Positions 1 through 12,759 of a DNA stretch of 64,000 bases are shown piece by piece; position 1 is the first letter of the stretch; each line of letters begins with the position of its first letter. The translations under genes and the position numbers were made by a program. Origin of the DNA: Octopus vulgaris. Lineage: Eukaryota. The notes under the pieces are model-generated. The model did not search any database. It was not told the DNA's origin and saw only the letters and a list, made by a program, of their open reading frames with translations. Location of the stretch: NCBI GenBank assembly GCA_951406725.2, contig OX597815.1:126542001-126606000 (forward strand), written 5' to 3'.

Positions 1-211
1 TCTGGAGTTTTATATATATCTCTATATTATAATTCTGAAATGCGAAAAGTTTGTCTGGTTTTGGCATTGGAACGGGTTAAGGGGCATTAGATGGGGGTCG
101 GATTGACTCCAAAATTTACAGGGACATGAGGTGAGGATGAGAGTGGGCTAGATTAGAAATCCCTATCTTAAAAGGTGTGGTTACTAGGACATAAAACGCA
201 CATTTTGGCAA

Positions 212-524
212 GTTTCCTCTCACTCTATTATCTGCCTGTCTTTCTCCATCTCTCTCTCTCTCTCTTTCCTCCATTCCTTTCACTTTCTCTCTATAACATC
301 GTTTCACAGCGTCTACTATCTTTCCTCCGCCGCCTTCGCAAGCGCTGTCACACTCTCTTTCTCTCTACATCTGTCTGCATTTATAGAGAAAGTCTACTCT
401 CATTCTTTTATTTGCCTGTCTTTCTCCATCTCTCTCTCTTTCCTCCCTTCATTTCACTTTCTCTCTATAACGTCGTTTCACAGCATCTACTATCTTTCCT
501 CAGCTACCTTCGCCAGCGCTGTCA

Positions 525-556
<32 letters not shown>

Positions 557-592
557 TTCTCTCTCTCTACGTCTGTCAGCATTTATAGAGAG
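212..592. repeat. Two imperfect ~180-bp CT-rich tandem copies inside the Helitron
   Basis: TGCCTGTCTTTCTCCATCTCTC...CACTTTCTCTCTATAAC.TCGTTTCACAGC.TCTACTATCTTTCCTC occurs twice (starting ~232 and ~413). Confidence 0.8.
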
Positions 593-737
593 AATTATCA
601 TCGCCACCACCACCACAACACAATCATGAGAACAAATATTATGAATCAGATATTTATTGGGTTAATTTATATGTGTGTGTGTTCTATATATAAATATGTA
701 TATATAATGTATATATACAAAGTGTATATATCTGTAT

Positions 738-751
738 TTATATATATATAC

Positions 752-808
<57 letters not shown>

Positions 809-852
809 GTATATATAATGCGTACACACACATACACATATATATATATAAT
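738..852. repeat. (TA)n microsatellite
   Basis: Directly visible. Confidence 0.95.
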
Positions 853-3800
853 CTATGCATTATGTGGTCGGTTGAGCTGAAAATATGCACACCTATGTTA
901 AAAGTGCTGGCGAGTTTGCATGGCAACTATTTTTTTCCTCAAATGAAACGCGTGACCTCTAGGACAAAATTCCTCATCTTAGAAAATGTGGCCCGAGTAG
1001 ACTCGAATGAAATCGGGTTATATTAACCAAAATGTGAAAAGGAGTCTAAATGGGACTGGAAGGGGATTAAAATTTGCAGGAGCGGGTGTTAAGGAATTCT
1101 CTGTCACATCAAGCTAAAACATTGGCGCCAGCCTTTAAATCGTCAATGTGTTGCCGTCCATGATGAAGAAGTTTTTAATGTTTGCCATGGTGAGTCTACT
1201 GTCGTGAGAAAGAATCACTTCAAAACTTGGTATTTAGGAATTTTCTTTTACATCAAGTTCAAAATTTTACGCCATCTGTTAAACAGCCACTACGTTGCTG
1301 TCCGTCGTTAAGAAATGCCAGCCATAGTGACTCTACTATCCTCAGATTCTATCCCTTAAAACTTTCGTTTCCAATATTTTTTTTCAGCTCGCAAGTTCGT
1401 CTGTCCCTTTTAAATGTTAGTGTTTTGCTGTCTGCCTTGAAGCAGACCTTTCCGTTGTCACTGCCTGATATTTATGATTGATCATTCAAAATATTTTCTT
1501 TCTCAACTTACTCAAGATCTTTTGTTGTTTATAAATGGGAGACAGATAGATAAATAAAGATAGAGAGCAAGATAAAGCGAGGGAAAGTCCGAGAGAAATG
1601 AAGAGTAAGAGAGTGGAAAGTGAGAGAGAAAGGAGAGAGAAACAAAGAGGGAGAATGTGGCGATAAGAAACAGAAAGGAAGCAACAGAAAGTAGCAACCA
1701 CAACCTCACCCGCGCGTAGAGCGGGTCACCTTAAGCTAGTCTGTATATATTTCGAGTGATGTTTTCTTTCATATGCATTATGGTGTGTAATGAACTGTGT
1801 CCTTCAGTAGCTTTCCAAATAATTTTTATAAACATTTATTTCTCTGAATTCTCTTTCATTCAGTCATATTGCAGTATGCGAAGTTTTGTTATATTTTGTA
1901 TGCAGTAGTATTTTTGTTTGTTATACATTATCTCAATTTTTGCATTACTGCTGCAATTCATATTCTGCCATATGTTTTATATCGGCCTGTTTTGTTGGCC
2001 TTAAACATATATACTTCTCTTTATCAAGCATAGTTTAATGTCTACGATTTGTAATTATTCTTCAGGAAATCGATTCGCGATATTTTCTATTGACTACTTC
2101 TTGGATAACATTAAGACATGACTATTCATTGAATCCTTTTGAAACCAACAGATTACTACTTAGAAACCATGTAAAAATTCTCTTACATATGAAATATAAA
2201 GAGGTACATGAACAAAACATATTTTCATTGCATCTATGTTGGAGTCAGTGTTTATATGACGCAAGGATGAGGAACAATTCTATATATGTATTGGCTGCTG
2301 CGTTTGCTCGATGCATCAATGCTTGCAGAAGCTCCAACGTACGTAGGACGTTTTGAATTTCAACACAAGTAGTAACGCATGTCGAAAAAGGGTTGGCAAA
2401 AACTGTTTTGTTTCTAGGCAACTGATTTTGTAAGTGTAAAGTTGTGTATCTACCACAATGACTAGGTCGACTTTTCAGACCAACTCTTTGCAGTGTGGCC
2501 TCTCTTTCACTGTCTATCTTGGTTTATCAAATATAATATTGTTTATCCAGTCTCTCTACCAACAGGGAATGTAACATTGATGAAAGGTGTATCTTAGCCC
2601 TTATTGATTTTACCTCCTCCTTATCAACCAAAGGAATCATATATGTAAGTCGCTGAATGGTTCGAAAGTAGATTGAAATAGGCGTGGCTTAATGTTTGTT
2701 TGGTTTGCAAATTTAGACGCATTTTAGTGAATGCGTCGTTCCTAAATTATGTAACATAGTAACTATTTGTTTTGATCCATAGAGTAATGTTTGTTGATGT
2801 AACTGCAAATTTATAAAATTGATTTAACAGCATGAGATTTTCGCTTCAAGTCTTTCTGGGTGCAGACAGAACAGTCGACTGCTCATATCTTCTTACCAGT
2901 ACCTTGCACTTTTTATTCTATCCGGTTGTAAGTAGAAGGATACACGGATAGCTGAAGCCAAATAAATCTATCAGTTAGGGAATTATATAGTGTGAAAGTA
3001 CAACGCTCTACTGCTTCGGGTGTTTTGTTTCCTTTTACATAATGGCACTATGATGTAGATTTAAAGAGAGTGGGCGACAAAAAGAGAGAATTAATTGAAT
3101 TGTTAAACATTAGTTCGGCTCTTCTCCACAACACTATTATATTCCATCACCCATATAAATAATGCTTTCCTACATAAGCACAAAGTCAGAGACTTTTGAA
3201 AGGAAGAGTCGATTAAATGGCCCTAATATTTGACTGGTATTTATTTTAATGATCCAAGAAGGATCAACATGACATCTGAACTCAGAACATAACGTTACCG
3301 TTACTATATACCACAAGGCACCTAACAGGGCGCTTAAACGTTTCTGCAAAGATCAAAATTCGTATTCTTCGGTATTATACTTTACGATATATTGCCAATT
3401 TCACTACTTGAGAAAAAAATTTGAATATTATTTCAGAACAATTTTAAAACATGTATTTAGCTGAAATAATAGCTTTTCAATAATATATTGAAATGACAAT
3501 GATAGGTATTAGAAAGGAAAGAACATCTTCCCAAATACATTTCAGCTGTTAGTAATTACTCGCATGTTAAGCGCAACATCTGTAGTCAAGCTGTAATAGT
3601 AGCATATTTTAACTTATATCTTCAAAATACCTCCAGAAAATATACCTTCGAAATCCATAATTCAATTTTTCTCAATGTTCAAAATCTTTATAGATGTGAG
3701 TGGTAATTTGGCTGACATCTCGTCAACTAATTTTAGTGTCATCTCTATTGTTAAATAGCACAGTGAAAATAAGACTGTTTCCAACGACGAGAAAATAATT

Positions 3801-4257
3801 TCGTTCTTTCCAAGCTGTGTACGAATTCCTACGAATAATTCAATTACTTCTTTTTAGACACATTTTAAGTCGTTTAAGATATCATAGTGATCTCGCCCCC
3901 TTATATTTATATGTTAATAAAAAATAAAGCCTTAACGTAACGTTAGATTACTGTGAATGTTTTACCTTCATATCACGTGTCAAGAAGCCGGGCTGATTTC
4001 TTTAAAGTTTTTGCTCATATAGAGCAGCGCTTCTCAAACGTTTTATTAACTATTGTCCTCTTTTTTTTGCAAACACTTTTTTAACGACCCTTTGCTACGA
4101 TTTAACTCCTCTCCCATTTTCTTTTTTCTTATCTTCATACATCTAATATCAGGTCAGAGTAACTTATCATTGTTGATCTTATTGTTTTTGATGTGATTGT
4201 GGTTAACAAGCCGTTTATCATAATATATTTAAAATATTTTTTGAAGTTAATATGCCA

Positions 4258-4420
4258 GGCGCAGTCATTGCTACGTGGTTAAGAAGCTTGCTTTACAACC
4301 ACGTGGTTCGTATTCAGTCCTACAGAGCAGCACCATAAGCAATTGTCTTCCACTATATAGCAGTGGGTCGCCCAATGCTTTGTGAATGTATTTGGTTGAC
4401 AGAAACTATGTGGAAGCTCA

Positions 4421-4479
<59 letters not shown>

Positions 4480-4650
4480 GTTATTTTCCCGCGAGAATTG
4501 GTTTACTTTAGTAATTCGGCAAAAACAACCGTTAGAATAAGTTACGGACTTGAAAATTAAATAATGTGGTCGATTTGTTTGACTAAACCTTTTAAGGCTA
4601 TGCCCCAGCATGACTGTAGTCCAATGACTGGAACAAGTAAAAGATAAATA
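4258..4650 (+). mobile_element. tRNA-derived SINE (CORE-like family) with internal (GT)n
   Basis: tRNA-like head (TGGTTAAGAAGCTTGC...GGTTC), (GT)n at 4423-4477, tail CCCAGCATG.C...AGTCCAATGA. Near-identical layout at 46625-47015. Confidence 0.7.
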
Positions 4651-5120
4651 GAAATATAAAACAAAAATTAAAAACTTTTTACAGGCCACCTGTGTAACGA
4701 TGGTGATCGTCACTAATTTCATGTGAGTGTCCTGTAACAGCGTGTGTAAAGAAGGCAAGGTGTATATATAACATTGAAATTTATTTTTGAAGTGTAAAAC
4801 GTACTATCAAGAAGCAATAAGAATTGTATTTCATTTGGTTGACTAGACGGAAGTTGCCACATGTATCCTTCCGCAGCTAGCTCTAATTGGATGAAGTGGC
4901 CATAGCACGACTGTGGTATGCCACCACGACAAAATAGCTTTTTTTTCTGTCTTACTACAAACCCTAACCAGATGATTCCTCACCTCTTATCATTCCCTTT
5001 TTTCTTCAAGACTCGTATGCAAATTTTCCGCTGGTATAGATTATAAAGAGTAAGTCAGCCTCTGTTCATTCAGCATATTTAGTGTGTGTCGACAAGCGGA
5101 ATCTTTCTTCGTGTAATGTT

Positions 5121-5347
5121 GGCGAGCTGGCAGAAACGTTAGCACGCTAGGCGAAATGCTTAGCGGTATTTCGTCTGCCGCTACGTTCTGAGTTCAAATT
5201 CCGCCGAGGTCGACTTTACCTTTCATCCTTTCGGGGTCGATTAAATAAGTACTAGTTACGCACTGGGGTCGATGTAATCGACTTAATCCGTTTGTCTGTC
5301 CTTGTTTGATCTCTCCATGTTTAGCCTCCTGTGGGCAATAAAGAAAT
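5121..5347 (+). mobile_element. Young tRNA-derived SINE (Deu/Nin-domain-like)
   Basis: GGCGAGCTGGCAGAAACGTTAGCAC...GAGTTCAAATTCC (B box)...GTCGACTTT.CCTTTCATCCTTTCGGGGTCG. Perfect 10-bp TSD GTGTAATGTT (5111-5120 / 5348-5357). Confidence 0.9.
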
Positions 5348-7359
5348 GTGTAATGTTACAGAGATGTGTCGGCCATGTGGATTTCCCACATGTTTTTTGT
5401 TCTGTTTTATTTCCTTTTTCAGAAAGATCTCTCTTCGTATCGTGCGTCAAGATGTGAGTGCGTCAGGTAATGTCAATCACTCTCCAGGTTATTGATTGCG
5501 GCAGTAAACTGCAAATAAGAGGTAAAGCTAAAAGTGAAGTAGCTCAGCCAGTAATCGAAGCTTCAGATTCATCTCACAGACTTACAGTTAGCACTCTAGC
5601 CACGATAAAAAGAAAAAAAATTCCTTTTCGTTCATTCCGGTATATGCAATTGAGGTAGTATTAAAGTAAAATAGCAATTTATGTGTCATACTTCATATAT
5701 ATGCATCATTGATAGGCAAATTATTGGAATGTTCGTCCGAGACAGCGTCTTTCATGAACGTGCTGTGTTTAAAAACACAATGTATAAAGGGGAGAGACGA
5801 AAATCATCCCAGTAGAAGCTAAAGAGAATGCCAGATGCAAACACAGCACGTCCATAAGAGATGTTATATAACTCGCCAAGCAACGATGTATATACATTAA
5901 GTATGATATATAGATGGCTATTCTACTTTGTTCAATCTTGATTAAAAAATTTGTTTCAAATATTACTTTTCAAGTGAAGATTAGACCTTGCATTTTGAAA
6001 TATACCAACTTAATTTCGTGCTTTATATATTTTCACCATTTCTAAGCTGAATATTCCAAATGAGTTTCTTCTAATTTGTATAACCCAGTGGTGTAACTAC
6101 AGTGTGCAGCCCTTAATTATTCCCATTACAACAAACCCAAAGGTGCCTTTCCTTAAAAGCGTTGTTCACGACGAACCACAACCTTGCTGACCCCCATCTC
6201 CACGCTACTTGTATAACTGCATATTCTAAGGAGCTTTTTCTGTAAAATCTTATATAACTAAGCATATAAAAAGGGTATAAAACAAAGGAAAATAACTCGT
6301 TTATGACATCCAAAGCAATTTTGTAGAAGAATTTTAATCAGAAGAGGAAACATTCTTATATTTTTATTGTATCTTAGAGAAGAAAGAACAGAACTTTTTA
6401 CAGAGTCTATGTGAAAGACAGAAAAATGGAAGAACTTATTATCAGACCAGAAACCTTGTTCGAATGCCTACAGCAAAGTGGGCTCTGCTAAAAGCACTCA
6501 AGCGTCAGGTGGTGATGTTAAACTAAGCAACGGATTAAGTCTGCAACTCAAAAGTAAGAGCAGTTTCTCAGGCGGGCTTCCATACAGTTTCTGACTGCCA
6601 GGTTTCACTCACAAGAATTTAGTCAACTCGAAGCAATGGTAGAAGACTTTTAGCTAAAGTACCGTGCAGTGAAATCGAACCAGAAACGACAATACTTGCG
6701 AAGTAAAATCTTTCATGGAAAGACAATTTTTGCATATAAACTCTAAACAATTTATAAAATATGTTTTACAAACTAATTTATTTGTTCTTTTCACGAAGAT
6801 ATCTCAGCATACATCATCTGTCTTTAAATATTGATTTCTAACATTGTATTAAGACCATAAATTTACCGGGAGGAGGACAGTCGATTAAATCTAATCCGTT
6901 GGGGTTTGGACTTAAAATGAAGTGACAGAACTAATAACCGTAACGGCCTTCTTGTTTTGTTTCGTTTTTAATTTTTGTTTTTATTTTTTCGCTCTACCGA
7001 TTCCACTATTGTATGTCTTATAATATTAAGGAAAACTATTAGTGGGTTGGAAGAATGGTTAGAGGGTCGAACAAAATGTCTCGGCTAATTACGTTCTGAA
7101 TTGAAATCAATGTTAAGGAAAAGTGTGTGTAATTTTCCTTAAACTAGTCCAACGCGTTTAGTCTAGCGTTCACCTGTTTCATCAATCCAATGACCCTCAC
7201 CGAAAGCATTATTTATTTCTTACATCTTCCGAAAGGGAATGACAGAGCTTGTTGGACTGTCTCTAGTATATAACTAGTATTTATTTTATCGGCAGTGATG
7301 GGATAGGATAAACAGTAAACCTTAAGGTTTGAGGAACATAATTGATAATATTGATTTCA

Positions 7360-8780
7360 TATGTTGGCACAGGACCAGCAATTTCAGGAAAGGGTTAAGT
7401 CGATTACATCGACCCCAGTGTTCAACTGGTACTTATTTTATCAATCTCGAAAGAATGAAAGGCAAAGACAAGCTCGACGGCATTTGAACTCAGAATATAA
7501 AAACGGACGAAATCCCACTCAGCATTTCGCTCGTCATGAAAACGATTCTGCCAGTTCGCCGCCTTACATAATTAAATAATCTTAATTACTGTAAGGGCGG
7601 CGACAAGCTGGTAGAATCTTTAGCGCGTCGAACAAAATTTCAGTGGCATTTCTTTCCGGCTCTTTACGTCTGTTCAAATTTCGCCGAAGTCGACTTCACC
7701 TTTCCTCCTTTCGGATCAATAAAAATAAGTACCAGTTGATGTAATTGACTAACCCCACCCAACAGAAAAAATGCTGGTTTTGTGCCAAAATTTGAAACCA
7801 TTAATTGGTATAAGGTAGTATACTGGTTAGAGTCGTTAGAGCGGCGGACGAAACGATTTGCAGTATTTATTTCGGGTTTTTTTTTTACATTCGGAGTTCA
7901 AATCCCACCGAGATCAGTTTTACTTTTCATCCTTTCGAGGTTAGTAAAATAAATTACCAGATCTCTTCCCCTCAAAATTGTTGGCCTGGTACCTAAATTA
8001 GAAACAGATACTGTGAGATATTTACGTTTCTACTTTTCCATCGCTTACATTGAAGCTATTATTAATAGTTTTTCCTTAAGCCCTGAGACTCATATGACCT
8101 ATTAGCGGTTTCCATGATGTGTAAGTGATCAAAATTCAAGGCAAGTAATTTTGCAGAGAAGGAACAAGTCGATAACAGTAACCCTAGTATTTAACTGATA
8201 CTTTATTTTATCGACCACGAAGGAAGAAAAGACCGGGTTTAAACTCACAACCTAAAGAGGCGAACGAAATAACGCAAAGCATTTTGGCAGACGTGCTAAC
8301 GATTCTGCCAACTCACCGCTTTTTATTGATATTTTACATAAGCACAAATATGCAGACGACTGACTCCTCCTCAGTGTATGACCAGTATATATCTTTTATT
8401 AGCACAGACTCTCAACGACTGAATGACGGTGAGTCAGCAGAAATGGTTTAAGCATCTGACTCGATATATTTGCAGTATTTTGTCTCATCATCCAGAGTCA
8501 AATTCCATCGGGTCGTTTGTGTCTCAATAAAATAAATGTTAATTGTATACTGAAAATTAGGGCGGCGGGCTGGCGGAATCGTTAACACATCAGGCGAAAT
8601 GCTTAGCAGTATTTCGTCCGTCTTCACGTTCTAAGTTCAAATTCTGCCGAGGTCTTCTGCTACGCCTGTTATCTTTTCAGGGTCGATGAAATAAGTGCCA
8701 GTTGAGTGATAAGGATCAATGTAATCGACTTATCAGCTCCCGCGAAGTTGCTGGCCTTGTGCCAAAATTTGAAATCAACA
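7360..8780. mobile_element. Cluster of older copies of the same SINE superfamily in both orientations
   Basis: Decayed heads and cores at ~7360-7565(-), ~7595-7800(+), ~7810-8005(+), ~8140-8320(-) and ~8560-8775(+). Confidence 0.7.
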
Positions 8781-8879
8781 ATATACTGGAAATGACTCAG
8801 CCGAATACTAAAATCCACCTCGGGAAAAATTTCTCTCTTACACAGACGCGCTCCCCCTCTCTCTTTCTCTCTCTCTCCC

Positions 8880-10100
8880 CATTACATTTAATGTTGGTCA
8901 ACGAAGAATTAAAACTGATAAAACTTTATTTAACTACTAAACTCTTATGGAAAGCCAAAGCATTTCCAGAGACAGTTCCTCGTATTTGATTTCTAGTCTA
9001 CGATCACTGGATATAGAATCCGATTCTTCTTCAAAAACTTTCAAATAAAACATATTTAGAATTTCCGTGAAAAGGTCTTGAATCCAATAATAATTCTATA
9101 TCGGAAAATAAAAGCTCCATTTCTCTTCGAGAACTGTCAAATGATAGGATTTATTTTCTTCATGTGAGTTTTGGAAACATTTCAAAATTGCTATCATCTA
9201 CTTTCCTTCTCCAAATTACTTTTTTTTTTTTTCTAGAACATTGTTAGTTTATCTATAAATGTGAAGATGTTTTCGTTTTTACTTTGCGTACTTTTCTGCT
9301 CAGGCTTTTAGAGTGGTGAAATATCCTTGACAAACATTCCAGAAATCTAAAGGTCGCGTTGACGATTTTCCAAAAAGTGGTTTTTATGAACTTATTTTAA
9401 AAATGCAAGATACTTATGTCATAATTCATGCGACAGCTAAGCTTTTCCACTACCTTTTACAAGCCATCTCAATTCTGTAGATAAAAATTAGGATCAGCAC
9501 TATGAATCTATATCAATAAAAAGTCTCTCAAAGAAATGAGTATTTAATTGGCCTGTTTTAAATAAAATTAACCTTTTCAACGACTTCATCAAAAGCTTGT
9601 TTCAATTCAACTCCCAATGTTTTTGCAGTCAAAACCTTTCTGTATAAAACGCATTGAATTCTAATAACATCTGGATTTTCTTTCTTTTTGTTTTATTACA
9701 AGTGTCGCAAGCCCTTTCATACAGCTTTTCGTAACGGGATCCATGATAATTTTTCAAGGTAATTGTTTAAAATATATTAAAAAAATCAACTTTTGTAGTA
9801 CCTGGCATTTCTTTGCGACAACGCCTGTTTTCCTCTTTGATCCCCATCAATAAAACGAATACTGTCAATAGCTGCGCTTTATTGCTAACGTCTGTTGACT
9901 CATCCACTCTATTTCAACAAACGAAAATACACATGTTGAAGCAGATCATGGCATAACATTTTCCTTGATGTCAACACTCAATTCTGAAATGCGCCTACAA
10001 AGTGTATCATTTCCTTGAAGATAGCAGTGTCCAGTTTTGACATATCCATTTAACTTGCTGGAATGCATTTATTTATTTGTCATTTGATAGCCACATACCA
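8880..10100 (-). pseudogene. Decayed hAT (Buster/ZBED5-FAM200-like) transposase
   Basis: Minus-strand translation gives VDESTDVSNKAQLL (~9865-9908, first catalytic Asp motif), QAFDEVVEKVNFI*NRP (~9550-9600) and TELRWL. Many stops and frameshifts. Confidence 0.75.
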
Positions 10101-10582
10101 AAGTGGTGAAGGCTGATCATTATTCCTAATCGAAATAAAACCACAATTTTAATAACTGTCGTCTTATTTGCGATTACGAAGAGGTTTAACATTATGAATA
10201 CGGAAATTTGTATTTTAAGCGAGTTCATTTTAGGATTCACACTCATCAAAGCTACGTTTCTGGTTTAGAATTTATCCATTATATGGACGTGTGCGCATAT
10301 GTGTTACCGTATAGAAAAAAGAAACAAAAGAAAAATTATTCAATACATAAAGTAGAGATAATGATGAAAATAAATAGATCTGAGCTTTTCACTGTTATTT
10401 ACAGCGGGTTTCGCGATGCCGCTTATTCAAAATAACTGGCTTCTTCATTCTTTTTTTTTTCCTATTTTTTTTTTTTTTGACATGTTGATAAATTCTGCTT
10501 TCAAAATGGTCAAAGACAGAAAGCGAGAAAGGCGTATAGGCTACAAATCTTATTATGTATAAACCTCGCTTATAAATTATTA

Positions 10583-10646
<64 letters not shown>

Positions 10647-10664
10647 CATCATCATAATCATCAT

Positions 10665-11188
10665 CGAGTGAGAGAGCAGGGCATGCCATCAAAGTGATAC
10701 TGGGGTAAAATATACGAAGCCCTGTATACCCATCATGACTACCCGTCTGATAAGGGTACACCAGGCACATGCATCACAACCATATGTGCGCCACATGGTG
10801 ATCTCATATCAAGATAAACAGCGCATGACCTTGCAGATGGGGCCCAGTTAGAATTTTCTTCAAGTAGAGTAGCCCATTCCGCTCAAAGGTCACCGAATAA
10901 GGATTGTTTAAGGATGTTGAACGAACCACCCATGTTTCCAAAGGTGAATTATCCAAACCTCCAAGAATTCCTTTCGATACATGGCTATGATGCTTCCCCA
11001 CTACTTCTGCTCATGATCAGAGATGCACATGGTAACTGGTTACGGTCAAACAACTGACAAGCAAATCTGTGGTATTGAGCAGAATATTTGCTGTAGCCCA
11101 TCTTTTATACCAAGACAAAACAATGTACATGATAACACTTCCAGTCAGTTAACATCAGAAGCCATGAGAGCAACTGTCTGGTACTGCT
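10665..11188 (-). mobile_element. ~530-bp non-coding interspersed element inserted in a TAA microsatellite
   Basis: Reverse complement of the copies at 17405-17942 and 23585-24128. Flanked by (TTA)n. Confidence 0.85.
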
Positions 11189-11615
11189 ATTATTACTATT
11201 GTAAGAAATATGAATGGCTGCGTGGTCGCATTGTGGTCATATTCTTAACGGATTATTATAAGCCATAAATACAATGCAGTACCACAAGAACATAAGTGAA
11301 TTGACGACAAGCTGTTCCACTGTTTGAGAGATAGATAATATTTTATTTACAATGGTGTTAATGTTAGAAGGTTGTGAGTGCTAGCAAGTGTGTGTGTGCG
11401 TGTGTGCATGCAACACGTGTTTGTGTCTGTGTGTTCGTGTGTGTGACAGATACAATAAGGGTGAAAGCGTGTGACATAGTAGGTACAGAGCATGGAGTTA
11501 ATGATGGAAATTGATTTACTGTTCATGAGGTACACGAAGTGTAAGAGTTCAATATCAAAATGTTGTGTCTCGGAGCTGAGATTAGTTGAATCACTTGTTG
11601 TGCTTATCTTTCTCT

Positions 11616-11904
11616 TGATATAGATATTCTTTCAGATATATATACTGCAACTGTTTTTCCGTGGTGAGATTTTCACCTAACAGCATGAGTTGAATCTGTA
11701 GTTATCTTGTGTACAAGTTAAATCTTCGTAGATAGAGACGATGTCGGCGATGACGTTATATCTGTCGCTTGGTTTGCTATAGCGTCTTCATATCATGTTT
11801 TCCTTGGATATTTTGCTCATGATATAGATATTCTTTCAGATATATATACTGCAACTGTTTTTCCGTGGTGAGATTTTCACACTAACAGTATGAGTTGAAT
11901 CTGT
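11616..11904. repeat. ~85-bp direct repeat, period 204 bp
   Basis: TGATATAGATATTCTTTCAGATATATATACTGCAACTGTTTTTCCGTGGTGAGATTTTCAC... at 11616 and 11820. Confidence 0.9.
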
Positions 11905-12097
11905 GAAGTTGGTGTGTACATGTCTGAAGTGGACGATGGTGATTGCGACTTGAAGTTGGTACAATGATGGTGACGACGGCGGCGGAGATAGAAATTGGTT
12001 TTCTGTTGCGGGTGTACATTAGCGTCGTTGTGGCTGATCGTCTGTCGCTGTGACTGGAACATGTTGAGTAGCTCTGTGGTCAGAGGTTAGCCCTTAT

Positions 12098-12270
12098 AAG
12101 GACTGAAACCAAAGACGCAAGTATACTGAAAACACTCCCTTATATACAAGTAAGGTGACTCAACAGAGCCTAGGAAATGGGACCTTAACCAAAGGCCGTG
12201 ATTGGTTGACTTTGGCCAGTGGCGCGAAATAAGTAGAGAGACAGACCGCGCTTAGATGCCAACCAATCAA
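12098..12270 (-). promoter_or_regulatory. Putative Pol II core promoter (TATA, Inr, 2x CCAAT, E2F-like site)
   Basis: On the minus strand: GTATATAAGGG (~12137-12147), TTTCAGTC Inr (~12101-12108), CCAATC (~12199) and TTTCGCGCCA (~12220-12229). Second CCAAT on the plus strand at ~12263. Motif inference only. Confidence 0.4.
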
Positions 12271-12391
12271 AATAGTGGACACAACAACGTTAAACTAGTC
12301 AAAGATGTTTGTAATCTCAAACGAGATCATTCTTAATATTTCTCTCAAACGGTGAAGATAGCAATGAAGAAAACAATATTGCTACACTATC

Positions 12392-12570
<179 letters not shown>

Positions 12571-12759
12571 CCTTTCTGTTAAAGGCACACGGCCTGAAAT
12601 TACGTCGACCCCAGTGTTTCACGGGTATTTAATTTCTCGGTCCCGAAAGGATGAAAGGCAAGGTCGACCTCAGCAAAATTTGAACTCAGAACGTAAAGAC
12701 GAACGAATAATAATAACAACAACAACAACAACAACAACAATAATAATGATAATGATAAT

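Larger units (their letters stand above)
19..1739 (+). mobile_element. Non-autonomous Helitron (rolling-circle element)
   Basis: A|TC 5' end (TCTCTATATTATAATTCTGAAATGCGAAAAGTTTGTCTG). GC-rich hairpin ACCCGC..GCGGGT at 1708-1726, then CTAG|T at 1736-1740. No TSD; A/T insertion site. Pairing of the two ends is inferred. Confidence 0.65.

Noticed and set aside
2050-3000. Coding-like composition on either strand
   Set aside because: No recognisable motif and stops in all frames; likely an unclassifiable old TE.
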